Source: Lachnospiraceae bacterium (lineage in GTDB: Bacteria; Bacillota; Clostridia; Lachnospirales; Lachnospiraceae). From it: a DNA stretch of 64,000 nucleotides. Location: contig JAJPXU010000011.1 of the NCBI GenBank assembly GCA_021205305.1, positions 10,553-74,552 on the forward strand, written 5' to 3'. The position numbers and the translations under genes are program-made. The notes under the pieces were generated by a model that worked only from the letters and a program-made list of their open reading frames with translations, was not told the origin of the DNA and made no database searches. This document shows positions 1-8,228 of this stretch, piece by piece; position 1 is the first letter of the stretch, and every line of letters begins with the position of its first letter.

Positions 1-1070
1 TTGCTGCCGCTGATCGTCTGCCAGCCGGTCTGCATCACACCAGTCGACGAGAAATAATACGTAGCGCCATTGATCGTCTGCCAGCCGGTGAAAGCTGCAC
101 CATACGTTTTTCCGGATCCGGTGGTGTTAAAATAATACTTGCTGCCGTCAATGGTCTTCCAGCCCGTCTTCATCTTACCCACAGAACTAAAATAGTAGCG
201 ATAGCTGCCAATCTTAATCAGACCGGTCGCTGCCGCGCCCTGCTTCCCGCTCGAGCTGCTTTTCAGGAAATAATACTTATTGCCATTGATGGTCTTCCAA
301 CCCATCTTCATCTTACCTGTAGATGAAAAATAATAGCGATAGCTGCCGACCTTAACCAAACCGGTCGCCGCTGCTCCCTTCGGCGCAGAACCTTTCGCAC
401 TCTTATAGAAATAATAAGTAGATTTCCCTACTGTCTGCCAGCCCGTCTGCATCACGCCGTCCGCAGAAAAATAATAGAGATAGACGTCAATCTTCAGCAA
501 ACCGGTCGCTGCGGCGCCTTTCGGTACAGAACCTTTTGCAGTCTTATAAAAATAGTAAACAGACTTTCCTACCGTCTGCCAGCCCGTCTGTGCCACGCCA
601 TCCACATAATAATACATATAGCCGTCCGCAGTCACAAGCCCCTGCAGCAGTACTTCCGTCTCAGACTCTGATTCTGTGGAGATTTCCGACTCGGCCGCTG
701 TCTCCGTCTCAGATGCCGTCTCGCTTTCCGTCTCAGTTTCAGTCGTTGTCTCTGTTGCCGTCTCGGTCTCAGATTCAGCCGTTGTCTCTGTTGCCGTCTC
801 TGTCTCGGACTCAGCCGTTGTCTCGGTCACCGTCTCGGTCTCAGACTCGGTTGCCGTTTCTGCGGTCACCGCTGCTTCTTCCGCTTCTGTCCCAGTCACA
901 GTCTCTATAACAGCCGCCGCTGCTTTCTCAGTCTCTGCTGCAATCGTCTCCGCGTCAGCCTCCACAGCTGTTTCCGAAACAGCTTCTGCGGCATATACCG
1001 GACATCCCATGCCAAAAGGCAGACCGGAAATCATCACGGTAGTCAACAATAAGATCAGTTTTTTCTTCAT
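1..1070 (-). CDS. Secreted cell-wall/choline-binding repeat protein (partial, runs off the window start)
   Basis: Not in the ORF track; translated by hand. ATG at 1070 after GGAGGAG; signal peptide MKKKLILLLTTVMISGLPFGMGCPVYA; Glu/Thr-rich linker; then repeated GWQTVGKSVYYF / GWKTINGNKYYF / GLIKIGSYRYYF units. Confidence 0.88.
   Translation of the reverse strand, partial: MKKKLILLLTTVMISGLPFGMGCPVYAAEAVSETAVEADAETIAAETEKAAAAVIETVTGTEAEEAAVTAETATESETETVTETTAESETETATETTAESETETATETTTETETESETASETETAAESEISTESESETEVLLQGLVTADGYMYYYVDGVAQTGWQTVGKSVYYFYKTAKGSVPKGAAATGLLKIDVYLYYFSADGVMQTGWQTVGKSTYYFYKSAKGSAPKGAAATGLVKVGSYRYYFSSTGKMKMGWKTINGNKYYFLKSSSSGKQGAAATGLIKIGSYRYYFSSVGKMKTGWKTIDGSKYYFNTTGSGKTYGAAFTGWQTINGATYYFSSTGVMQTGWQTISGS
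715..870 (-). repeat. Coding tandem repeat (about 36 nt, ATETTAESETET) in the acidic linker
   Basis: Repeated gccgttgtctctgttgccgtctc units on the plus strand. Confidence 0.75.
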
Positions 1071-1173
1071 TATGTCTCCTCCCCTTCTAGGATCTTATAA
1101 ATAGACTCATGAAGAACATATTACCATATTTTCCTTTTTCCTGTCTACCACTTAGGAAAATCTTCATATTTCC

Positions 1174-2043
1174 TTACGGTTTTCCGTCGCCCGGATAAAT
1201 ACATTTCACTCCTGCCCGCTCAAAATCGCGCATCCACGCTGCGGGCGGCTGCTCATCCGTGACAACAATATCCACATCCCGCAGATCACTCACGATCGCA
1301 AACGCGTCCCGGTCAAATTTTGTACTGTCTACTGCCAGGATTCTTGTCTTCCCGGACGAAAGCATTGACTTCTTTATTTCAGCGAGAGAATCTTTTGATT
1401 CCATATAGCCTCGCTCCCGGCTGAAAGCTTTGCAGGAAAAAATAACCTTGTCTGCGTAATGTGCACGAATCGACCGTTCTGCCTCGATCCCGATAAACGT
1501 CAGATACCGCTCGTCCATCACCCCGCCGGTAGAAATAATTTCCCACTCCGGCGCATCCGTCAGGGACAGCAGAATCTCCATCGAGTTCGTAAGAACGGTC
1601 AGGCGGCTTTTCGTTTCCTTCAGAGCCTTTGCCACAAACACAGCCGTACTGCTGGCATCGAGGATGATATGCTCCCCCTCTTCCACCAGGGAAGCCGCAA
1701 GCTCCGCAATCTTCTGTTTTCCCTGTACATTCTGGTTTTTCCTGATATTAAACGGAAGATCAATACCAGTATCCTCATTGATTACAGCGCCGCCGTAACT
1801 TTTGGTAGCATACCCTTCCTTTTCCAGCTTATCCAGATCCCGTCGTATCGTTTCTTCCGAAACACCGTACTGCTGACTGAGTTCTGAGACCACCACACGC
1901 TTCTCGATTTGCAGCTTTTCCAGGATTTCATTTCGTCTTTCCAGTGCCAACATTTTTCTTTTCCTCCCCGACACAGAACCTTTTCCGTCATTTTCCGTTA
2001 CAGAATCTCCACTGTTCTTCTCTGTCACAGGATTTTTCATCAC
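1174..2043 (-). CDS. DeoR/GlpR-family transcriptional regulator of the BMC locus (true start may be 1953, MLALERR)
   Basis: HTH motif VSEETIRRDL..L and DeoR C-terminal sensor domain (IILDASST, VLTNS, DSTKF). Confidence 0.92.
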   Translation of the reverse strand: MMKNPVTEKNSGDSVTENDGKGSVSGRKRKMLALERRNEILEKLQIEKRVVVSELSQQYGVSEETIRRDLDKLEKEGYATKSYGGAVINEDTGIDLPFNIRKNQNVQGKQKIAELAASLVEEGEHIILDASSTAVFVAKALKETKSRLTVLTNSMEILLSLTDAPEWEIISTGGVMDERYLTFIGIEAERSIRAHYADKVIFSCKAFSRERGYMESKDSLAEIKKSMLSSGKTRILAVDSTKFDRDAFAIVSDLRDVDIVVTDEQPPAAWMRDFERAGVKCIYPGDGKP

Positions 2044-2064
2044 ATCATCCGGCTCTGCCCGGTC

Positions 2065-2613
2065 TTAAAGAAGCTTCTCCACCATCTTCCGATCCGGATG
2101 CGCAATCACGGAGGAATCCAGGTACATCCCTTTTTCTGCCACCAGCTGTTTTGCCCTCTCGATGGATGCCTCTACGGCCGACACTTCCCCGGTGATCAGC
2201 ATATAAGATTTCCCGCACATACCTTTTGCAATACGCAGCTCAATCAGTTCTACAATCGCCGTCTTTGCTGCCTGATCCGCCGCCTCAATGATAGACGCCG
2301 CATCGTAAGTCTCCAGAATGCCCAGCGCACTGATATCCTTTACCTGAGAGGTGCCATAGATTGCCGGGAAAATCGATTCGTGCGGATTTCCAAGGACAAA
2401 GCTGTCAATGCACTTGTCTTCAAAGGAAGTCACCGCTGTCTCTACTGCCGCCTTGACCGCGCTCAGATCTCCGGCAATGATGGCGATATATTTTCCGGGA
2501 CATACGGTCTGCGCCTCGATCAGCTCCACCTCAGCTGTTTTTACCATAGCGTCCGCCGCGGTAATACCGGCGGCAGTCGTCTTAAACTCTATCATTCCAA
2601 TCGCTTTACTCAT
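2065..2613 (-). CDS. pduT: PduT-like tandem-domain BMC shell protein (BMC-T)
   Basis: Two BMC domains and the CPGKY Fe-S ligand motif; start MSKAIG after GGAAAGGA. Confidence 0.88.
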   Translation of the reverse strand: MSKAIGMIEFKTTAAGITAADAMVKTAEVELIEAQTVCPGKYIAIIAGDLSAVKAAVETAVTSFEDKCIDSFVLGNPHESIFPAIYGTSQVKDISALGILETYDAASIIEAADQAAKTAIVELIELRIAKGMCGKSYMLITGEVSAVEASIERAKQLVAEKGMYLDSSVIAHPDRKMVEKLL

Positions 2614-2698
2614 CGCTGTGCTGTCCTTTCCGTTGCGCGCTGCCATTTATATGCCTGAACGATCCGCTTTTCCACTCAAAATGGCAGATCAAGAAACA

Positions 2699-4030
2699 TT
2701 AAGAAATCGCTGCAATCACAATATGGCGGTCTGTCACTTCTGTCACCTTCCCGCTAATCGACGCGTGAATCCCGACACTTAACCCCTGCGCGGGTTCAGC
2801 AATCATCTGTCCCCGGCTCACCTCATCTCCTGGCTTTACAATCGCCTTTGCCGGAACACCAATGTGCTGGCTCAGAAGAATTTTCACTTTGGAAACCGAC
2901 GCCAGGGCTTCATCCATCGGAGCATCCACATCGTACCTTGAAAGCCCCAGACGCGCCATCAAGCGCTCCTCCGGTACCTTTCTGTATTCCCTGGAAGAAA
3001 TCACCGGCGCGGCCTGTACATTTTGCGGCGGCCGCACGCCCGCCTGCCGCAGACCAGCCTTCATATCCGCAAGCAGAGACCTTGGGGCAAGGCTCTGTGG
3101 ACAGGCATACATTTCACAGACACCGCAGGAGCTGCAAAAGGAAGCGTCCAGATACGGATTCAGATCCCGGAAATCCTGATTCGACGCTGCCCTCATGAAT
3201 CTTGCCGGGTCAATCGGATGCCCAAGGGCATGACGCGGGCAAAGATCCGTGCAGGTGCTGCACTGGCAGCAGATGGAAGCCGCCCGCTTCAGGTCAATCG
3301 AGGAGGTTCTCTGTTTTTTTCTGACAATCGTGTGATCCTTTGGGAGAACCAGGATCGCATTCGTCGTTTTTGTGACCGGCTCATCGCCGCTGCCAATGCG
3401 TCCCATCATCGGTCCGCCGACAAAATAGACCGGATCGCTGACCGTAACTTTTCCGGCAAGCGCAACCACATCATCCAGCGTACAGCCAATCGGCACCCGC
3501 ACCGTTACCGGCTGGCTGACTTCCGCCACAACCGATACGTATTTGTCTGTCACCGGTTTTTTCTGCTCCAGCGCCCGGTACACATTATAAACGGTCTCTA
3601 CATTAAATACCGCAACACCCTGCTCGATCGGCAGTCCGCCTGGCCGCACGACACGCCCGGTGGCTTCATAGATCAGCACCACCTCGTCACCCATCGGATA
3701 GACCTCATCCAGCAGATGAAGACGCATCCCGGGAAATTCCTCGATGTGCTGCTGCAGTGCTTTTACTGTCTGTATATAGGATTTTTTCACACCAATGATT
3801 GCCTCGGACGCACCCACCGTCTGCGCAATCAGATGAAATGTTTTCATAATCTCATACGCATGACGCTCCAAAAGCTGCCGATGCAGCTTTAAAAGCGGCT
3901 CACACTCCGCACAGTTCATGAGAATAGTATCTGCTTTGTCTGTCAGCTTCGCGTAGGTCGGGAAACCGGCTCCTCCGGCGCCCACCACACCACATGACTG
4001 AATGATGTCCTGAAGTTCTTTTATTTCCAT
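2699..4030 (-). CDS. pduS: PduS/RnfC-like flavin Fe-S oxidoreductase
   Basis: GVVGAGGAGFPT, NCAECEP, SLBB region GGPMMG, two ferredoxin motifs (CCQCSTCTDLCP, CSSCGVCEMYACP); start MEIKELQ. Confidence 0.88.
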   Translation of the reverse strand: MEIKELQDIIQSCGVVGAGGAGFPTYAKLTDKADTILMNCAECEPLLKLHRQLLERHAYEIMKTFHLIAQTVGASEAIIGVKKSYIQTVKALQQHIEEFPGMRLHLLDEVYPMGDEVVLIYEATGRVVRPGGLPIEQGVAVFNVETVYNVYRALEQKKPVTDKYVSVVAEVSQPVTVRVPIGCTLDDVVALAGKVTVSDPVYFVGGPMMGRIGSGDEPVTKTTNAILVLPKDHTIVRKKQRTSSIDLKRAASICCQCSTCTDLCPRHALGHPIDPARFMRAASNQDFRDLNPYLDASFCSSCGVCEMYACPQSLAPRSLLADMKAGLRQAGVRPPQNVQAAPVISSREYRKVPEERLMARLGLSRYDVDAPMDEALASVSKVKILLSQHIGVPAKAIVKPGDEVSRGQMIAEPAQGLSVGIHASISGKVTEVTDRHIVIAAIS

Positions 4031-4067
4031 AATGATACTCCATTTACAGGAAACGATATTCGTCGTT

Positions 4068-4334
4068 TCACAACAGTTCACTGGCATCGTCGATAATGCC
4101 GACGATTGCTGCGTCCACTGGCGCGTTATCCACCCCACAGCCTATCCTGGCGGCACTTCCCTGCGCCACAAGCACATATTCTCCGATCCCGGCGCCGATA
4201 ATATCAATCGCTACCAGCTGCCCCTGACCGGATGCCATGCACTGCACAGGCTCTACAATCATGAATTTGCTCCCGATTAATTTTTCGCTTTTGCGCGTGG
4301 AGACCACGCTGCCCACTACTTTCCCTACAATCAT
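4068..4334 (-). CDS. eutN: EutN/CcmL/PduN pentameric vertex shell protein
   Basis: MIVGKVVGSVVST...VAIDIIGAGIGEYVLVAQGSAAR...DAAIVGIID. Confidence 0.95.
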   Translation of the reverse strand: MIVGKVVGSVVSTRKSEKLIGSKFMIVEPVQCMASGQGQLVAIDIIGAGIGEYVLVAQGSAARIGCGVDNAPVDAAIVGIIDDASELL

Positions 4335-4391
4335 TTCACGCCTCCCCGCACCATTTCATCAGACAGGGCAAAGCCTCTCACCCTTTTCACC

Positions 4392-4446
4392 GCACCCGGC
4401 TCGCGCGGCTTTAGCCGCAGAACTTCCCTGCCCGGCTCTGCGCATA
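4392..4446. repeat. Dispersed palindromic repeat, family E (GCGGC-TTTA-GCCGC core), copy with inverted left arm
   Basis: Shares GCGGCTTTAGCCGCA...CCCGGCTCTG(C/T)GCATA with 62053-62106 and a degenerate copy at 14270-14324. Confidence 0.8.
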
Positions 4447-4470
4447 TCTAATAAAGCATCAGCTTACGCG

Positions 4471-5142
4471 TCAACCCACAATCGTCACCAGATCCCCCGT
4501 AGCAATCTGCGCCGCGTTCGCCTCATCCGTATCAATGTGCATCTCCAGCGTAAAGCTTTCATCTACACGGATTTTTACGTGATCAAAGGTGGTGCCGCGC
4601 TCGTTATCCGCCTTAACGGAAACAAAATCACCGTCTCTGACTCCGGCTGCCTGCGCGTCAGCAGGAGACATATGGATATGACGCATGGCGACAATGCAGC
4701 CCTCATTGAGATAAATGGCTCCTTTTGGTCCGACGATTGCGATTGGCGCACTGCCCTTAATGTCGCCGGACTCCCGTACCGGCACTTTCATTCCAAGCCG
4801 GATCGCGTCCGTCGCGGAAACCTCCACCTGCGATGCTTTGCGCACCGGGCCAAGCACACGGACGTTCTCGATCGCGCGCAGCTTCAGGCCCACAATCGTC
4901 ACTGTCTCATTGGAGGCAAACTGTCCGCCCATCAGTTCTTTGCGTTTTGTAAGCTGATACCCTGAACCAAACAGGGCTTCTACATGCTCCTGCGTCAGAT
5001 GAACATGCCTTGCGGAGACACCGACCGGCACGGCAAACCCACTGCTTTTCTTTTCTATCTCCATCCGGTTGACCGCTTCGATCACCAGTCTCGTGATTTG
5101 TTCCACATTTGCTGTTTCCAAGGGTACACCTGCTTTCTGCAA
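4471..5142 (-). CDS. pduL: PduL phosphate propanoyltransferase with N-terminal encapsulation peptide
   Basis: VPVGVSARHVHL, RHIHMS, EMHIDTDEANAA; start uncertain (TTG near 5121-5142). Confidence 0.93.
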   Translation of the reverse strand: MQKAGVPLETANVEQITRLVIEAVNRMEIEKKSSGFAVPVGVSARHVHLTQEHVEALFGSGYQLTKRKELMGGQFASNETVTIVGLKLRAIENVRVLGPVRKASQVEVSATDAIRLGMKVPVRESGDIKGSAPIAIVGPKGAIYLNEGCIVAMRHIHMSPADAQAAGVRDGDFVSVKADNERGTTFDHVKIRVDESFTLEMHIDTDEANAAQIATGDLVTIVG

Positions 5143-5232
5143 CCGTGAAAAATGTCCACCTCTAAAGAGAATTCATTCCGCTTTCCTGCTCACATCCGGT
5201 TGTCAAAACCGATGTGGCCGGAAAGCAGAACC

Positions 5233-5394
5233 TAGTACCTCGTCTCCAAATTATCTCGACTTTATACTTGCCTGAATTTCCATCTGCTTCGTTGTCATCA
5301 GTCGACGTAGCCACCGCTACGCCTCCTTCTTCCGCCTTGCATATGAAAATTCATTCTGCGTCTAAAGTCGAGCTACTTGGAAGACGATGTACTA
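5233..5394. mobile_element. Fold-back (MITE-like) element with 32-bp imperfect terminal inverted repeats
   Basis: Left arm TAGTACCTCGTCTCCAAATTATCTCGACTTTA; right arm TAAAGTCGAGCTACTTGGAAGACGATGTACTA; central hairpin CGTAGC-CACC-GCTACG at 5306-5321. Confidence 0.6.
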
Positions 5395-5399
5395 AATTC

Positions 5400-5831
5400 T
5401 TATTTCAATGTCGGAAGGATCTTCTCCACATCGGTGTGCGGTCTCGGGATGACATGGGTTGCTACCAGCTCGCCCAGTCTGGACGCAGCCGCGCTGCCGC
5501 TCTCTACCGCGGATTTTACCGCGCCCACATCGCCGCGCACCATTACGGTTACCAGGCCGGAGCCGATCTTCTCGGTGCCTACGAGCGTTACGTTTGCAGC
5601 CTTACACATCTGATCCGCTGCCTCAATTGCCGCTGTCAGTCCTCTGGTTTCAATCATTCCCAATGCTTCCTGTGTCATTTTCTTTTCCTCCTTGTTGGAT
5701 GTTGTATAGTTTGTTTCCTGATTCACAGTTTCCACTTCCGCAGCCTTTTGTGCTGCTTTTGCCGTCCGTCTCGGCGCAGCTGCTTTTTTCGAAGCCGCTG
5801 TATCGGATGCTGCTTTTTTTTCGTCAGCCAT
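5400..5831 (-). CDS. BMC-H shell protein (PduA/PduJ-like) with N-terminal Ala/Lys-rich extension; second start at 5678
   Basis: [27 protein letters not shown]...[20 protein letters not shown]; RBS-like sequence before both MADEKK and MTQEAL. Confidence 0.92.
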   Translation of the reverse strand: MADEKKAASDTAASKKAAAPRRTAKAAQKAAEVETVNQETNYTTSNKEEKKMTQEALGMIETRGLTAAIEAADQMCKAANVTLVGTEKIGSGLVTVMVRGDVGAVKSAVESGSAAASRLGELVATHVIPRPHTDVEKILPTLK

Positions 5832-5889
5832 GCTTCTTTTCCTCATATCCCATATCCCGGTGTAAACGAGAAATCAAAAATACTTCCGG

Positions 5890-6201
5890 TCACTCTCCGT
5901 CCGTCGTACCGCCCTGCGTTCTCCATCTGGCCGCGCTCAGCTCCACAATCCGGACAATCTCCTCATGGGGACGCGCAATCACTGCCTGGCAGACCGGCTT
6001 TTTGATTCCATTCGCGGCGGCAGCCTCCACCGCCTCTGTAACGGCAGCCACATCGCCCTGAACGATCACGGTCACAAGCCGCCCGCCGAGCTTGCGCTCC
6101 CAGGAGACCAGCTCAACGCCTGCCGTTTTGCACATAATGTCCAGCGCGTCAATCGCCGCTACCACACCCGAGACTTCTATAAAGCCATACGATTTATCCA
6201 T
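5890..6201 (-). CDS. BMC-H shell protein (divergent)
   Basis: YGFIEVSGVVAAIDALDIMCK...LGGRLVTVIVQGDVAAV...VIARPH. Confidence 0.9.
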   Translation of the reverse strand: MDKSYGFIEVSGVVAAIDALDIMCKTAGVELVSWERKLGGRLVTVIVQGDVAAVTEAVEAAAANGIKKPVCQAVIARPHEEIVRIVELSAARWRTQGGTTDGE

Positions 6202-6283
6202 GAGTAAATTCCCTCTGTCAAAAGTTTTCGTGCCCTTTGCCGGCCTGATTTACGCCACAGACTCCAGCTTTCAAATTCCATTC

Positions 6284-6559
6284 TCAGATCTTCGGCAGAA
6301 TCTTCTCCACATCACTGTGTGGTCTCGGAATCACATGTGCAGCTACCAGCTCGCCCAGTCTGGATGCCGCCGCGCTGCCGCTCTCTACCGCAGCCTTTAC
6401 CGCGCCAACATCACCGCGCACCATCACAGTCACCAGACCGGAGCCGATCTTCTCTGTGCCGGCCAGCGTCACCTCCGCTGATTTTGTCATCGCATCGGCC
6501 GCCTCAATCGCCGCCGTCAGTCCTCTGGTTTCAATCATTCCCAATGCTTCCTGTGCCAT
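6284..6559 (-). CDS. pduA: BMC-H shell protein PduA-like
   Basis: [13 protein letters not shown]...[20 protein letters not shown]...HVIPRPH. Confidence 0.93.
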   Translation of the reverse strand: MAQEALGMIETRGLTAAIEAADAMTKSAEVTLAGTEKIGSGLVTVMVRGDVGAVKAAVESGSAAASRLGELVAAHVIPRPHSDVEKILPKI

Positions 6560-6582
6560 GGTTTTTTACCTCCGCTCATTTT

Positions 6583-6897
6583 TTAATCTTTATCCAAACC
6601 GCTGATTTTCAGCATCTTCTCTGTCCCATCCTCCGGGTTCGGAATGATATGATGCTGCACAACGCCCGTCATACTCTCAGCTACCCGCAGCCCCGCGTCC
6701 ATCGCTGCCGTTACATCGGCTACGCTGCCGCGGAATTTTATGCAGACAAGAAGCGGTACCGGAAGCGCGTCTGCGTTGGCTGGTTTGTTTTTATCAAAAA
6801 CCTCCAGACGAACATTCGCCGCTTTGCATGCCGCGTCAGCCGCCACAAAGGCTGTCGTCAGCCCGTAAACCTCTAAAATTCCCGCCGCCTCTGCCAT
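6583..6897 (-). CDS. BMC-H shell protein (divergent, with loop insertion)
   Basis: AAGILEVYGLTTAFVAADAACKAANV...FRGSVADVTAAM...HIIPNP. Confidence 0.88.
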   Translation of the reverse strand: MAEAAGILEVYGLTTAFVAADAACKAANVRLEVFDKNKPANADALPVPLLVCIKFRGSVADVTAAMDAGLRVAESMTGVVQHHIIPNPEDGTEKMLKISGLDKD

Positions 6898-6998
6898 ACG
6901 GTTCGTGCCTCCTTACGTTTATGATACTATCTGTTTCTGATTATATATCTTCCCAACGGACAGGGCAAGCCCTCTCCTTACAGTATATGGTAATGCAC

Positions 6999-8213
6999 TC
7001 AATCGTTTATAATTGCGATCTTCAGACCAGTCATTGCCAGGTTCGTCTGAAGCGCCTCGTTGATCTGATCAAGCGGGAACCGGTCGGTAATCAGGTCCGA
7101 AATCGGAAGCCCGATCGCCTTTGCTCTCCGCAGGAAATCAAAGGTCGTCGCATAGTCGCGCAGAGTGTATACCCAGGAGCCCACGATCGTGATTTCCTTT
7201 GAACAAATGTCAAAATGCGGGTTGATTGTCGCGTCGCCGCCGTTTACGAAGAAGCCCAGCTCGCAGAGCCCGCCGCCGTTGCGGATAAATTTATAGATAT
7301 TAGAATGTCCGCCCGGCGCGCCGGTACACTGGAACGCGAAATCCGCCAGATGTCCGCCGAATGCGTCTTTCACGCCGCCTGCCAGGGCTTCGATTCCCTT
7401 GAAGTTTTTGAAGTTAACAGAGGTTTCCGCACCCATCTTTTTCGCAAACGCCAGCCGTCCTTCGTTGCCATCCACCGCGCAGATATTTTCCACGCCCATC
7501 GTGCGCAGCACCGCAATGCACAGAAGGCCAATCGGGCCGCAGCCCTGCACGACCACTCTGCTGTTAAAGCGGAGGATGCCGGTGGTCTTCGCTCGCTCTA
7601 CCGCGTGCACCAGCACTGCCGACGGCTCAATCAGGATTCTCGAATCCAGATCCAGGTCGCTCACGTTGAAAAAGGTGGAGCCAAACCCGCCGCCGCGGAT
7701 AAAGATATAATCGGAAAACCAGCCGTTCAGGTGAATGTCATCGTCCGGCAGAAGCCCATACACATCCGAGCCGCCCACATTTTTCTTATTCAGATCAAAC
7801 ATCGTGATTTCCGGGTCATCCTTGAAAATCATACAGGTAACGATCTTATCGCCGATTTTCACCGGTTTTCCTGCTGTATCGGTCTTTACATTTTTTCCCA
7901 TCGCCACGATCTCGCCGGTGCCCTCGTGTCCCAGCGCGACCGGAATCAGGCCAAAGGGGTCATTTTTGAACTCATGCGCGTCTGTCCCGCAGACACCGCA
8001 GCCCTCTACCTTTACCAGAATATCATCATCACCCACCGGCGGAATCGGATATTCCTTCACATCAAAATGATTCTTCGCCGTCAGCACCGCAACATGCGCC
8101 GTCTTCGGGATGCCGCCGCGCGCTGCGCCTGCAGAAGCCGCTGCCGTGCTGCCATTCATCCCGGCAAGAACCTGTCTGACAATCTCTTCTATGTTTGCAC
8201 TGTTCATTTCCAT
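6999..8213 (-). CDS. Zn-dependent (MDR) alcohol dehydrogenase, propanol-forming, with N-terminal encapsulation peptide
   Basis: CGVCGTDAHE, GHEGTG, GCGPIG; N-terminal NIEEIVRQVLAGM. Confidence 0.92.
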   Translation of the reverse strand: MEMNSANIEEIVRQVLAGMNGSTAAASAGAARGGIPKTAHVAVLTAKNHFDVKEYPIPPVGDDDILVKVEGCGVCGTDAHEFKNDPFGLIPVALGHEGTGEIVAMGKNVKTDTAGKPVKIGDKIVTCMIFKDDPEITMFDLNKKNVGGSDVYGLLPDDDIHLNGWFSDYIFIRGGGFGSTFFNVSDLDLDSRILIEPSAVLVHAVERAKTTGILRFNSRVVVQGCGPIGLLCIAVLRTMGVENICAVDGNEGRLAFAKKMGAETSVNFKNFKGIEALAGGVKDAFGGHLADFAFQCTGAPGGHSNIYKFIRNGGGLCELGFFVNGGDATINPHFDICSKEITIVGSWVYTLRDYATTFDFLRRAKAIGLPISDLITDRFPLDQINEALQTNLAMTGLKIAIIND

Positions 8214-8228
8214 AAATTCTATTACCTC

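Noticed and set aside
676-1104. 142-aa Ser/Val/Ala-rich plus-strand ORF
   Set aside because: Reverse complement of the Glu/Thr linker of the minus-strand cell-wall protein.
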